In this document: positions 16,297 through 26,849 of the stretch, in pieces
How positions within the stretch are numbered: position 1 is the stretch's first letter
Layout of the letters: every line of letters begins with the position of its first letter
Origin: a virus
Virus record (IMG/VR): IMGVR_UViG_3300025150_000004
Span: 1 to 64,000 of that record
Direction: 5' to 3' (one strand)
DNA: 64,000 bases
Program-made: the position numbers and the translations under genes
Notes under the pieces: generated by a model
Databases searched by the model: none
What the model saw: the letters and a program-made list of their open reading frames with translations, nothing else
Told to the model about the DNA's origin: nothing

Positions 16297-18373
16297 GGCG
16301 AAAGCAAACGTGGTGCCTGTCAGGCAAAGAAGCCAATTTTCTTGTATGGCTTCAAGTCTGGCCATGTGCTTGCGGGCCAACGGGCATGAGGTCACCGAAG
16401 ACGAGGTGAACGCCGTCATGGGTGCCAGGCCCATGAAAGGTGCCTCCTGGGAGCAAGCTCTCGCCTGTGCTCAGCACTACGGCTGCCGGGCAACCCTCAC
16501 GATGCCCGCCACGGTCGAGCAGTTGAAGGCGTGGACCGACCAGGGCGTCCCCATCATGATCGCCTGGAATCCCGAGGGACGGGACTGGTCTCACGCCTCG
16601 GTGGTCTACGACGTGGACGATGACGGGAACGTCTGGGTGGCGGACCCGAACATTCCCGACCCCTCGGAGACGGTCAGGGTCGTCCCTCGGGCCGATTTCT
16701 ACAAGAAGTGGTTCGAGAAGTGGCCGAACTACTTGGTTCGCCGTCCGGCTTGTGCCATCGAGCGGGAGGTCTCCGAGATCGGCACCCAGATCATGCCTCG
16801 GGCCTCGGATGACACATCGGCGTTCATCCCCTTCTCGAAGGCGGCATCCAAGGCCCCGTCAGACGCCACCAAGGTCCCTGGAACGAAGTACTGGGTCTCG
16901 AAGGAGCCCTCCAAAGGGCCGATTCGGGGGCAGAAGCCCCAGTTCAAGATCTACAACGAGCACGGAGGCGTCGTGGGCGGATCTCCAGACCGAGACAAGG
17001 CCGTCGAGAAGGCCAAGAAGATGGCGGCCAGCAAACTCCGCTGGGACATGAACGCCAAGGAGCACGGCCGCCCCGTCTGGAAGGCCCCCTCCCCGAACAA
17101 CGACGGCGAGTACGTCGTTCAGGAGTACGCCGACAACAAGATCCGCTGGATTCTCCGGCAGCCGGGCAGCCCGTCGGGGACGGGACATGCGGGGGCGTTC
17201 CGAAGTTGGGAGCGGGCCGCCAAGGACGCCGAGGACCACGCCAACTCGAAGGGCCGATGGCGGGGTCGGACCGCTGCGGGGGTCACGGTCAAAAAGCTCC
17301 CGAACGGTGACGTGGTCGTCAACGCCGGACCGGCCTACAAGCGGTCCACCCTCATGCTGCTGGAGAAGGCGGGTTGGGACCGGCGGCTCATCCGTGACCA
17401 GTGGGGCTCGTGGATCCTCCCCAAGAAGACGGTCGCCTCGGTGGACGAGGTGGTTCGTGCCCTGTCGGGAGTCGATGCCGAGCTTCGCCGGGCTGCCAAG
17501 CGGGTGGCCAACGCCTTCCGTGACCGCCAAGCCTACGAGGTTTTCGTGGACAACAAGGGGTATGCCCACGATGACGAGGGCAACTCCTGGTTCGTTGGCC
17601 CCCAGTACGCCGGGTACACGGGGCACCCGAGGGGGCTCCCCTCGCCGGGGAGGCAGCGGCCGACCTACCGTCCTCGACCTGCTCCCTCGGCCCCAGCATC
17701 CTTGGGGCCAGATGCCAAGAAGTGGCTGGAGATCCTCGACGCCCTCTTGGCCGTGCGGCAGGATCGGTTCATCCAGTCCATCCGTGACCAGGTGGCCCGT
17801 GGCCGAGGACTGTCCGACGCCCAGTTGAAGGCAGTGAGGCAGAACCTCTACCGCAACCGGATGAAGGACAAGGCCGACTTCTTCCGCACGGCCGCCGAGC
17901 GGGTGGCGGAGGCGCACATGGCTCGGGCCAAGAGGAAGAACAAGCCCCTGTCCCTGAAGGACAAGATGAAGATCGACCGGACCAAGCCGAAGACTCGGAA
18001 CGAGGTCCAGAAGGCGCTCGTCGAGCGGGGCTCCGGCGGGGCGGGGCATCACCACACCCGGGACCGGGATGTGGAGAAGGGCCGGTCCCGCAAGCCCAAG
18101 CAGGACTGGGACAAGGAGTCGGGCTACAAGGGCAACCCTGGTGGCGAGGACATCTACCCCTACGAGATCGACCACGGCTACGACGAGCCTTTGGCCGGAG
18201 GAACCGACGTGATGCGGCGGCTCCAGAACCAGTACCTCCACGAGCAGGGGGATGTGGTTCCTCAGCGGCCGGAGAGCCCGAAGGTCGCTCGGTACAACTT
18301 CGATAGGGCATCTCTGGGTGAGACTGCACGGAGGGTCGCCTCCGATTGGTTGACCCGGCAGGAGAACGACTGA
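16286..18373 (+). CDS. C39-like cysteine peptidase domain multidomain protein
   Basis: RQ....SC...LAM, HASVV and VADP (Cys-His-Asp). Confidence 0.75.
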   Translation: MQREAKANVVPVRQRSQFSCMASSLAMCLRANGHEVTEDEVNAVMGARPMKGASWEQALACAQHYGCRATLTMPATVEQLKAWTDQGVPIMIAWNPEGRDWSHASVVYDVDDDGNVWVADPNIPDPSETVRVVPRADFYKKWFEKWPNYLVRRPACAIEREVSEIGTQIMPRASDDTSAFIPFSKAASKAPSDATKVPGTKYWVSKEPSKGPIRGQKPQFKIYNEHGGVVGGSPDRDKAVEKAKKMAASKLRWDMNAKEHGRPVWKAPSPNNDGEYVVQEYADNKIRWILRQPGSPSGTGHAGAFRSWERAAKDAEDHANSKGRWRGRTAAGVTVKKLPNGDVVVNAGPAYKRSTLMLLEKAGWDRRLIRDQWGSWILPKKTVASVDEVVRALSGVDAELRRAAKRVANAFRDRQAYEVFVDNKGYAHDDEGNSWFVGPQYAGYTGHPRGLPSPGRQRPTYRPRPAPSAPASLGPDAKKWLEILDALLAVRQDRFIQSIRDQVARGRGLSDAQLKAVRQNLYRNRMKDKADFFRTAAERVAEAHMARAKRKNKPLSLKDKMKIDRTKPKTRNEVQKALVERGSGGAGHHHTRDRDVEKGRSRKPKQDWDKESGYKGNPGGEDIYPYEIDHGYDEPLAGGTDVMRRLQNQYLHEQGDVVPQRPESPKVARYNFDRASLGETARRVASDWLTRQEND

Positions 18374-20913
18374 TGAGCAAGAGCACGCTGGACCAGCTTC
18401 GGAAGATGGCCTTGGACGTGACGGCCAAGATCCCCCTCAAGGTCAAGGCGGGGACCAGGGTGGTCGTGAAGGCCAATCCGGCCTCTCGGATGCTGTACTC
18501 GGGCGGCCTGCCGGAGGATGGCTCGGCGGGGACGGTCACGCCCGTATCCCTCGGGTCCACCAAGCGGACCTACATGCCTGGCCCCGGCGGTGGGCTGGTC
18601 TATGTCAAGTTCGACAGCGGCACGTTCATGGGCGTCTCCCCCAACGACCTCGACAAGGAGCCCAAGGGGAAGAGCGCCTCAGACCCGATGGCTCGTCTGC
18701 GGGACCTCCACACGGCCTGTGGCTGCGGCGGAGACGAGCAGATGGCCCGGTTCGAGGAGGGCAAGCCCGCCGACCCGATGGAGCACATGGACCCCAGCGA
18801 CCGGGGGAAGTGGATGCAGCACCACGGCAAGCCTCCCGGTGACGAGAAGGGGGCCGACATGGGCCTCGACGAGATGATGGGGGGCCGGAAGTGGGATGGG
18901 GACAAGACCAAGCCCGACCGCAAGCCCTACTGGCCCGGCAAGCGCAAGGAGATCGGCGAAAAGCCCCTCGCCGGGCAGCCTGGTTCCCCCGAGCGGAAGC
19001 GCTACAACGACTGGTGGAGGGACAACTTCTGGAACGCCAAGTCCGCCGACGGGATCGACGCCCTGGCCTACCTCGACGACGAGACCGTGGACGGCATCCT
19101 GTCCGAGATCCTCTTCGACGGCGAGTTCGCCGGGCGCAAGTGGGATGGGGACAAGACCAAGCCCGACCGCAAGCCCTACTGGCCGGGGAAGCGCAAGGAG
19201 ATCGGCGAGAAGCCCCTGGCGGGCCGCCCCGGTTCTCCCGAGCGGAAGCGCTACAACCAGTGGTGGAGGGACAACTTCTGGAACGCCAAGTCCGCTGATG
19301 TCCTGGCCGATCTCGCCTTCCTCGACCAGAACGTCGTTGCGGATGTGATGGCGTCGGTCGAAGGTGCCCCGGCCATCGGGGAGCCGGGGACGGTCGAGCG
19401 TCAGGCGTACTCGGCCTGGTGGACGAGGAACGTCCTCCCCCGCAAGGAGGCCCACGACCGTCAGGCAGCCCAGGATGCCCTCTCCACCCTGCGGTACGCC
19501 GACAGCCAGATCGCCAAGACCATCCTCTCCCAGATGGGTGGTTCCCGTCGTCTCCAGATGATGATCGGGGCCAAGAACTTCGTCGCTGGGCCGAACTGGG
19601 TGTCGTTCAAGTGGCCGAACAAGCAGCGCTCCAAGGGGAACATGCTGAAGGTCACCCTGCGGGGCGACGACACCTACGACATGGAGTTCCTCAACGCCGC
19701 CGGGTACAACGCCAAGGTCGTCAAGAAGCACAGCGGGGTCTACGCCGAAGACCTCGTGGGCATCTTCGAGCGACAGACAGGGTGGTATCTCCGGCTCGGG
19801 CGAAGCCTGTTCTCCTCCGAGGGCTTCCGTCGGTTCTTCGCCGAGGACAGCGAAGTCGTGAAGTTCGCCGATTCCCTGTTCGGGGACAAGGAGGCCGACT
19901 GGGAGACGGGCAAGAAGATCGAGCCCCCCATCACCGGACCCGGGAAAGGGAAGGGCGAGGGGTCTGATGTCCCCGACGGCGAGGGCAACCAGAAGAAGCG
20001 GGCCGAGGAGCGCATCGCTTTCCGCACCCGGTCCCAGCCTCGGATCGCCGTGGACCTCTGGGTCGCCGTCTCTGGTGACCGTCTCCTCGGTGCCACCGAT
20101 GCCCAGAACGGCAAGGACAAGACCGGGTGGAAGGACGTGCAGCGGACCCGCAAAGCCCAGTCTTTCGAGATCGTCCGGGCCAAGGGCGTCCCCGACAAGG
20201 TCGCCGAGCAGATGGTTGACTTCGGAGCCGGGGACCCCAAGACCTCCGCCTGGAAGGACGAGAAGACCGCCTTCAAGGCTGTCTCCAAGTACCTCCCCCA
20301 GGGGACGGGCAAGAAGGCCGAGGATGAGGGAACCCCGAAGGAGGCCGCCGGAGGGCTCTACGGGTTCCCGAAGGGAGTACAGGGCGACTGCGACGCCGCC
20401 GCCCGTCGTGTGGCCAAGGAGGCCGCCCGGATCGCCAAGGCCGCCTATGGCAAGGATGCCCGAGTCTCGGACTTCCTCTCGGTACACACCAAGCGGGGCA
20501 AGAGCCTCTCGGCCAAGGCCCTCGTGGCTGCCCTTCAGGAGATGGGTCCGAAGCTGGCCTCCGGCGACAGCGCCGAGCGGCTTCAGGAGCTTCGTGAGGC
20601 CAACGGCACGAAGGAGGCGGCCACGGACAAGGAGGCCAAGTACGGCCTCTACGGCTACCGCCAGAAGACCTCGAAGTTGGGTCTGGCCGCCTGCTCGGAG
20701 CTTCGGCACGAGGCGGGTCGCATCGCCACGGAGCTTCACCGTCGGCGGCACGACAAGCACGCTCGGATCAACGAGTACCTAAAGACCCACTGCAAGGAGG
20801 CCGGGTGCCACTACAGCCGCCTCCTGCTCGACGGCTACCCTGCGGCGGACATGAAGTTCGCCGCTCTCCAGCCCCCCGGGTCCATCGACGAGTGGCTGGC
20901 CTGGGAGGACTGA
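18373..20913 (+). CDS. Large modular hypothetical protein, probably virion-internal
   Basis: AGGAG RBS; many K/R-x-A sites; internal repeats. Confidence 0.75.
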   Translation: MSKSTLDQLRKMALDVTAKIPLKVKAGTRVVVKANPASRMLYSGGLPEDGSAGTVTPVSLGSTKRTYMPGPGGGLVYVKFDSGTFMGVSPNDLDKEPKGKSASDPMARLRDLHTACGCGGDEQMARFEEGKPADPMEHMDPSDRGKWMQHHGKPPGDEKGADMGLDEMMGGRKWDGDKTKPDRKPYWPGKRKEIGEKPLAGQPGSPERKRYNDWWRDNFWNAKSADGIDALAYLDDETVDGILSEILFDGEFAGRKWDGDKTKPDRKPYWPGKRKEIGEKPLAGRPGSPERKRYNQWWRDNFWNAKSADVLADLAFLDQNVVADVMASVEGAPAIGEPGTVERQAYSAWWTRNVLPRKEAHDRQAAQDALSTLRYADSQIAKTILSQMGGSRRLQMMIGAKNFVAGPNWVSFKWPNKQRSKGNMLKVTLRGDDTYDMEFLNAAGYNAKVVKKHSGVYAEDLVGIFERQTGWYLRLGRSLFSSEGFRRFFAEDSEVVKFADSLFGDKEADWETGKKIEPPITGPGKGKGEGSDVPDGEGNQKKRAEERIAFRTRSQPRIAVDLWVAVSGDRLLGATDAQNGKDKTGWKDVQRTRKAQSFEIVRAKGVPDKVAEQMVDFGAGDPKTSAWKDEKTAFKAVSKYLPQGTGKKAEDEGTPKEAAGGLYGFPKGVQGDCDAAARRVAKEAARIAKAAYGKDARVSDFLSVHTKRGKSLSAKALVAALQEMGPKLASGDSAERLQELREANGTKEAATDKEAKYGLYGYRQKTSKLGLAACSELRHEAGRIATELHRRRHDKHARINEYLKTHCKEAGCHYSRLLLDGYPAADMKFAALQPPGSIDEWLAWED
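18883..19299 (+). repeat. In-frame direct repeat of 168 nt (56 aa) at 18883-19050 and 19132-19299
   Basis: GRKWDGDKTKPDRKPYWPGKRKEIGEKPLAG.PGSPERKRYN.WWRDNFWNAKSAD occurs twice, plus a degenerate third partial copy. Confidence 0.95.
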
Positions 20914-20914
20914 C

Positions 20915-21384
20915 ATGGCCTCATCCGCACAGCGGGTCGCCAACACATGGCTTCGCCGGAAGGTGGCCCTGAACGTCTGGCAGGACCGCCAGGTCTCCCC
21001 CAAGGGAGTCCGCTACCCAAAGTCCAAGTGGGACAAGGTCGGGCCGGAGTCGCCAAGCCATTCGACTGGGCGACTCCGGCCCCGAACATGGGCGGGACGT
21101 ATCCCGAACCCTGGCGGGTCGCACATGCGGACCGGGCGTTGGCCTGGCTGAAGCGGATGTTCCCGAGCTACAAAACCCTCTACACCGACCATTACTCGGA
21201 CAAGTACCGGGGGCGGGAGCAGATCTGGGTAGGTGACCGGGACAACCGGGACCGTCAGGCGCACTACACCCGGCTGCTCGTCATCCACGACGAACTCAAG
21301 AAGTCCGGGTGGCCGGTCCGGCGGAGTCGGGACGGCTCGTACCTGCTACTGGTGGACGACCTCCCCCGTGATGTGCTGCGCTGA
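20915..21384 (+). pseudogene. Hypothetical gene split by a 1-nt frameshift near 21049
   Basis: Codon bias switches frame at ccggag|tcgccaag. Confidence 0.55.
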
Positions 21385-21399
21385 AGGGAGGCCCAGCCC

Positions 21400-24300
21400 G
21401 TGCTCAACGGTTCGGACATCCCTGAGAGCAGCATCCGCAGGGTAGCGGAAGCCTTCCTCGAAGGAGAAGCTCTGGAGAAGGCGCTTGCCAAGGCCGAGGG
21501 GCTCCTGCCCACGAGCCTACGGCAGCGTCTCCGCCATGCGTTCACCGTCCGAGGGCTCCCTTTCTTCGAGTTCTACGTCCGGCTCCGCCGGTTCCGCATC
21601 GGGGAGCCCGTACCCGACGACATCAAGCAGCAGTTCCGCCGGGTCGTGAACCGTCTCATCCAGGTCAAGAGCCCCGTGGACAAACGGGTACTCAACCCCG
21701 TGGTGGTCAACCAGATCGCCGAGGCCCGGGTCATCCTCAACGTGCTGCTCACCCGGCTCCTGCAAGGCCGCACCGACGACCGGATGACCTGGGTGAAAAT
21801 CAACTCCATTTTCGTCCCCCTCATGGTCGAGGTCGCCAAAGACAAGGGGGTCTACCTTCGAGCGATCCAGCGAGACCCGGAACGGTGGTCCACCTTCCGG
21901 CGGATGTCCGACAAGCAGGAGGCCGTCGAGAAGCTCAAGGACGAGGACCCGGAGAGCTACGCCCAGATGGTCACCAGGGGCGAGGCTCTGGCCCAGATCG
22001 ACGAGGGCATCCAGCAGAGCATCGCCGACGCAGGGATGACGGCTCGGCGGGTGCGGGTCATGGGACGCCCAGTCCACCTGGGGAAGGACCCCGTGACCGG
22101 AGAAGAGCGGGTCTTCGACCGGGACGGGGAGGTGCTCCCGGTCGATGACTTCATCGAGAAGCGCCGCAAACAGGAGGAGTTCCGGGCGAAGCTGTACCGG
22201 GCTCCAGCCCAGATGGAGGTTCCGCTCTCGGACATCCGGCTGATCGACGACGAGGACATCGACGCCCTTCCCGGCGAGGTCGAGTGGATGTCCATGACCG
22301 ACGACAAGGCCAAGGTGGCCCGTCTGACCCGCATCTACGCCACCAAGAAGAAGCCCGTCTTCATCTCGGAGCCTGATGGCCTGCGGGTCGAGCACGTCCG
22401 GGTCATCGTCTCCGGGCGGTTCAAGGGGGTGTACCTCGACGACATGGTGAACAGCCAGGGGAGGATGATCGAGGGCACGGCCTACACCTTGGAGCAGGCC
22501 ACCGGGCGGGAGTTCAAGATCCCGGTTCGCCGTGACGTGGGCCAGCGGGAGCCCTACGTCACCGCAGCGGATGTCCCGACCACCTACCAGGACTCCGAAT
22601 CTGGCAAGGAGGTCACGGTCAAGGAGGAGAAGCTCTTCATCAAGGTCCCCGGGACGAAGGAGTTCACCGAGATCCGCAACGCTCTACGCTCCCTCGCCTG
22701 CAACACAGGGTCGAAGACCGGATGCGTGCCCTCCATCAGCTATCACCCCGTCAAGGGTTCTCGTGCGGCGTGCTTCTACTTCGACCCCAAGGACTATGGC
22801 ACCATCCGAGACGCCTGTGGCGGGATGAGCCTCTCCAAGGGGGCGCTCGACCGACTGCGGGTCTATTTCAAGGATCTGGCCCGTGCCGAGCAGGCCGCTG
22901 CCAAGGAGAACCTCGGGTTCTACACGGCGGAGGCCCTCGGCGGATTCAAGGTCGTCAAAAAGGACCGGGACACCGACGAGATCAGCAAGTTCGACCTCCT
23001 GGTCAAGCAGAAGCAGGCCCTCGCCTGGATGGACGCCAAGGGGAACAACGGCGTCTGCGCACTCGACACCGGCGTCGGCAAAAGCCTCACGGCCATCGCC
23101 ATGATGCAGAAGCTCCGCAGGGATGGGATCACCGACCCAGATGCGAGCTACCAGACCCCCTCGGGACGGACCGTGAGGACCAACGGCCGGTTCCTTTTGG
23201 TGACCCCGGGGGACCTCAAGGGGAACTTCCCGAAGGAGATCCGGGGCTTCATCTCGGAGCCGACCGACTTGCTGGACATGCTCGACATCGTGTCCTACCA
23301 CGAGTTCGGCAAGGCGGCTTCGGGCAAGGTTCCCACGTCCCTGCGAGGCAAGCGGTTTTGGAGGGAGCGCTCGGTCCTCCCCCCGTCCCGCCTGGCGGCC
23401 GGGGGCAAGGTCTGGGACATCCAGTTGTACGCCGCCCTCTTCTTCGACGAGGCCCAGAAACTCACCCTGACGAAGACGGGGAACGTCACCAACCTGACGA
23501 GCCCGACGATGGCGTTCCAGGCCGCCAACATCTACCACCCCCGCAAGATCTTCCTCACGGCCTCGCCGATGGAGAAGGAGCCCGAACAGGCGTACCTGTT
23601 GGCGGCGATGGCTGGCAACCAGCCTCTCGCCGGGAAGTCGCCCGAAGCCGAGCAGAACCGCATCAAGATGCGGAGGTTCATGGAGCGGTTCACCGAGCGT
23701 GTTGGGGGCCGGATCGTGGGCGTGAACCAGGACCCGGCGGTGAAAGCGGAGCTTCACCAGTGGGTGAAGAGGAACATCTTCTTCGCCGACAAACGCAACG
23801 TCGAGGAGTTCACCCTGCCCGAGGCTCGGGAGGAGACGCTCACGGTCACGATGCACCCGCAGGTGGGGGCCGCATACCGGGCGACGACCAAGGGCTTCGC
23901 CAAGATGCTCGGGGCCATCGCCACCAAGGTGAAAGAGCGGGGGTCGGCCGCTGGGGACGCCAAGCAGCGGGAGTTGGACCAGGCGTTCTTCGGTCAGAAG
24001 ATGCGGCCGGTGATGAAGCTCCTGGGTGCCCTGGCCAACTACCCGGACGAGGCCCTCCGCCAACTGGCGTTCATGAAGCGGACGGACTCGATGCCGGGGC
24101 AGGTGACCAAGGAGGGTGTTCCGGCTCCGGTCCCGCCGGTCCTCAAGACCGTCCTCAAGAACATCCCCTGGGACTGGGACGAGTTGGAGTGGGTTGCCGA
24201 CGATGTGTCCCAGGCTGGCAACCCGAAGCTCAAGGCGGCCGAGGAACTGGTTTGGGCCAAGCTCGACCAGACCGACGGCGGGAGCCGAGCGCTCGTCTTC

Positions 24301-25068
24301 GCCGACGACAAGAAGCTCTGCGAGCAGGCGGCCTTCCATCTGGCAATGCGGGTCCCCGGCCTGCACGCCATGGCCACCAACGATGTCATCACCATCTTCA
24401 GCGGCTCCGGGGCCATCCCCTTCGTGGAGTTCGACATGGACTTCGACGAGGTGGCCCGCATGTTCCGTGGGGATGAGAATCAGGCCCGTGAGGCCATCGC
24501 CCAGCACGAAGGCAAGAGCCGGTTGCCGGTCCCGTTCGGACCCAAGGCGTACCGCAAACACCCCGGGCTCCCGGCCCACAAGCTCTACAACGTCCATTAC
24601 AAGGCTGACCAGTGGCAGCAGTTCGTGCTCAAGGAGGTCGTGACCCCCAACCAGCGGATCCGCACATGCACCCTGCTGGGCTCGACCTACCAGTTCGGGC
24701 ACAACCTCCAGGCGTTCGACCAGGTCATCCACCTCGACCGCAACTCGTGGAACAGCGAGAACATGAAGCAGCGGACGGCTCGTGCCTGGCGTCAGGGCCA
24801 GGAACAGCCGGTGGACGTGACCACCATCGACGCCGTGTACAGTGAGCGGGACGACCACACCGACACGGACTCCACGCTCGACGAGATCCGCCGGTGGTTC
24901 CAAGAGATGGAGGGTGATCTGTTCGACGCCATCATCAAGGAGGCTCAGGGCGTCGAACTCGGCAAAGAGTGGTACGAGATGGCCCAGAAGTCCGCCAGTT
25001 TCATGCGGGTGGACCGTGAGGTGCTCGAGCTGATGGCCTCCCCCTTCGTCAGCCGGTCGAGGACATGA
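21400..25068 (+). CDS. SNF2-like SF2 helicase/ATPase with long N-terminal extension
   Basis: LDTGVGKS, FFDEAQ, LTASP, GHNLQ and QRTARAWRQGQ motifs. Confidence 0.85.
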   Translation: MLNGSDIPESSIRRVAEAFLEGEALEKALAKAEGLLPTSLRQRLRHAFTVRGLPFFEFYVRLRRFRIGEPVPDDIKQQFRRVVNRLIQVKSPVDKRVLNPVVVNQIAEARVILNVLLTRLLQGRTDDRMTWVKINSIFVPLMVEVAKDKGVYLRAIQRDPERWSTFRRMSDKQEAVEKLKDEDPESYAQMVTRGEALAQIDEGIQQSIADAGMTARRVRVMGRPVHLGKDPVTGEERVFDRDGEVLPVDDFIEKRRKQEEFRAKLYRAPAQMEVPLSDIRLIDDEDIDALPGEVEWMSMTDDKAKVARLTRIYATKKKPVFISEPDGLRVEHVRVIVSGRFKGVYLDDMVNSQGRMIEGTAYTLEQATGREFKIPVRRDVGQREPYVTAADVPTTYQDSESGKEVTVKEEKLFIKVPGTKEFTEIRNALRSLACNTGSKTGCVPSISYHPVKGSRAACFYFDPKDYGTIRDACGGMSLSKGALDRLRVYFKDLARAEQAAAKENLGFYTAEALGGFKVVKKDRDTDEISKFDLLVKQKQALAWMDAKGNNGVCALDTGVGKSLTAIAMMQKLRRDGITDPDASYQTPSGRTVRTNGRFLLVTPGDLKGNFPKEIRGFISEPTDLLDMLDIVSYHEFGKAASGKVPTSLRGKRFWRERSVLPPSRLAAGGKVWDIQLYAALFFDEAQKLTLTKTGNVTNLTSPTMAFQAANIYHPRKIFLTASPMEKEPEQAYLLAAMAGNQPLAGKSPEAEQNRIKMRRFMERFTERVGGRIVGVNQDPAVKAELHQWVKRNIFFADKRNVEEFTLPEAREETLTVTMHPQVGAAYRATTKGFAKMLGAIATKVKERGSAAGDAKQRELDQAFFGQKMRPVMKLLGALANYPDEALRQLAFMKRTDSMPGQVTKEGVPAPVPPVLKTVLKNIPWDWDELEWVADDVSQAGNPKLKAAEELVWAKLDQTDGGSRALVFADDKKLCEQAAFHLAMRVPGLHAMATNDVITIFSGSGAIPFVEFDMDFDEVARMFRGDENQAREAIAQHEGKSRLPVPFGPKAYRKHPGLPAHKLYNVHYKADQWQQFVLKEVVTPNQRIRTCTLLGSTYQFGHNLQAFDQVIHLDRNSWNSENMKQRTARAWRQGQEQPVDVTTIDAVYSERDDHTDTDSTLDEIRRWFQEMEGDLFDAIIKEAQGVELGKEWYEMAQKSASFMRVDREVLELMASPFVSRSRT

Positions 25069-25325
25069 TGGACGGCCCGAAGACCATTCCCGAGTGGGAA
25101 GCCTACATCGAGGGGCTCGACCGCACCGACCTGTGGTCGCAGTGCCGGGCCGCCAACAGCTTCCCGTTCACCCGGAAGCTCCAGGCCGAGGGGATGACCA
25201 TGGGGCAGATTGAGGTGGTCCTCACCTTGTTCGCCCGCCGGATGATCGAACTTGAGGTCAAGCTCCCCGAGGGAGGGGCGTTCGACCTGCACCACCTCGT
25301 CGAAAAAGATCCCCTGTCGTTTTAG
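25065..25325 (+). CDS. Hypothetical protein
   Basis: Coupled (ATGA overlap) to the helicase. Confidence 0.6.
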   Translation: MMDGPKTIPEWEAYIEGLDRTDLWSQCRAANSFPFTRKLQAEGMTMGQIEVVLTLFARRMIELEVKLPEGGAFDLHHLVEKDPLSF

Positions 25326-25486
25326 TCCAGACGACCCTTCTGTTGAAGATGAGAAGGGCCGGGAGACATCTCGGTCCTGGGGCCGACGGGGAAGACGCCC
25401 CCGGCAGAACCGCCCCCTAGTACCCTGGGGATGCCTAGGCGAAAAGGGGCGGTGCTCACCGGGGGTGGTCCCCCGAAGGTCTCGAA

Positions 25487-26584
25487 CTAGACGAAGGCGT
25501 CCCGTCCAACCTGGCGGATCGCCCGACGGGCCTCTTGGAGCATGGTAGCGGCACGATGCGGGGACACACCTTCCTTCTCGGCGATCTCCTTGACGGAGCA
25601 CCCGTCGAGGATCTGCATCCGCAGGAGGCCGACGTACCGCTCGTAGGCGTGGGGCTTGGAGGCCCGCATGGCGTCCTCCAGCCGGGTCCACAGCCGCTCG
25701 AAGGACAGGCGCTCGGTGAGGAACTCGGCCGGGTTGGTGGTGTCGTCGTGGACATCCAGAAGCTCATGGCCCTCGGACATCTCGATGCCGGGCGTGAGAA
25801 TGCCCATCTGGGGCGGACTGCCCTCCTTGTAGCGGCTGCGCTCCTTCTCGGTGCGGGCACCGAGCATCTCCCGGGTGACGGGCTCCGTCCCGGCATCACG
25901 CACGTCGGTGTACGCCGAGCGGACGGCGTAGGTGGCGATGTGCGTGTAGGAGATCTTCTGCCCCTGCTCGATCCGCTTGCGGAGGGCATCCCGGCGAATG
26001 AGCCGCAGGAAGCACTGCTGGACGTGGTCCTCGATCTGGTCCATCGAGGCAGAGATGGGGCACTTCTTGGCCACGGCGGCCTTCATCATGGCCATGAGCC
26101 TCGACTCGGGCTGGCCGGGCTTGGGGGTCAGGTGCTTGGTGAGCCAGAGGGAGGTGGCGTTGGGCTTCTTCCGCTCCTTCTTGGGCTCCTGGGACAGGAA
26201 CTTGGCCTGTTTGACCCCCTCCTCGGTGAGCCCCCACCAGCCACGACGACCCTGCGGGTGGTCGCTGGGGATGGTCCTGGCCCCCTGCTTGGCCCGCATC
26301 TTCCGGGCGTAGGACTTGTCGAGGTTCTGGAAGCGGTACGCCTCGCCGATGCTCCGGTCGAGGCCCTTCGGCTTTTGACGGCGGGTGCGGACCCACTCCT
26401 CGGGCAGGTTGTCCGGGTCGAACCCCGCTTCCCGCAGGATCTCGCCACGGAGGGCGTCATCGAGCTTCACGAGGACGTAGGGCTCGAAGTTCGTCCGGCG
26501 ACCAAGAACCTTGAGGACGGGGTGGTAGAAAACGCTGAGGGTGGGAACAGGAACAGGGCACAGCAGACGTGCTGATGTCGTCAC
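25487..26584 (-). CDS. Sigma70/ECF-like factor with N-terminal extension; start uncertain
   Basis: Region-2-like EDHVQQCFLRL; region-4 HTH GCSVKEIAEKEGVS...ARRAIR. Confidence 0.7.
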   Translation of the reverse strand: MTTSARLLCPVPVPTLSVFYHPVLKVLGRRTNFEPYVLVKLDDALRGEILREAGFDPDNLPEEWVRTRRQKPKGLDRSIGEAYRFQNLDKSYARKMRAKQGARTIPSDHPQGRRGWWGLTEEGVKQAKFLSQEPKKERKKPNATSLWLTKHLTPKPGQPESRLMAMMKAAVAKKCPISASMDQIEDHVQQCFLRLIRRDALRKRIEQGQKISYTHIATYAVRSAYTDVRDAGTEPVTREMLGARTEKERSRYKEGSPPQMGILTPGIEMSEGHELLDVHDDTTNPAEFLTERLSFERLWTRLEDAMRASKPHAYERYVGLLRMQILDGCSVKEIAEKEGVSPHRAATMLQEARRAIRQVGRDAFV

Positions 26585-26849
26585 GAGCGACCTCCCTTGG
26601 GTGCCAGGGGCACCTTGGTTGCGTTGCCGTCCGTGACTGGGACAAGTGCTACTTCGAGCGGGTCGGGGTCACGGACGCCGAAGGAGACTATACCAGGACC
26701 CCAACCCCTACAAGGGGTATCAGACCTATTTTTGACCCCCACGCCGATTTTTCTTGACTTATAGTCGAATCGGCTATATCTCGGTGACGGTGAGGCTGGA
26801 CAGCGGCCTCGGTTTGGACTCTATAGCCGTGCTGGAACAGGAGCCGTCG

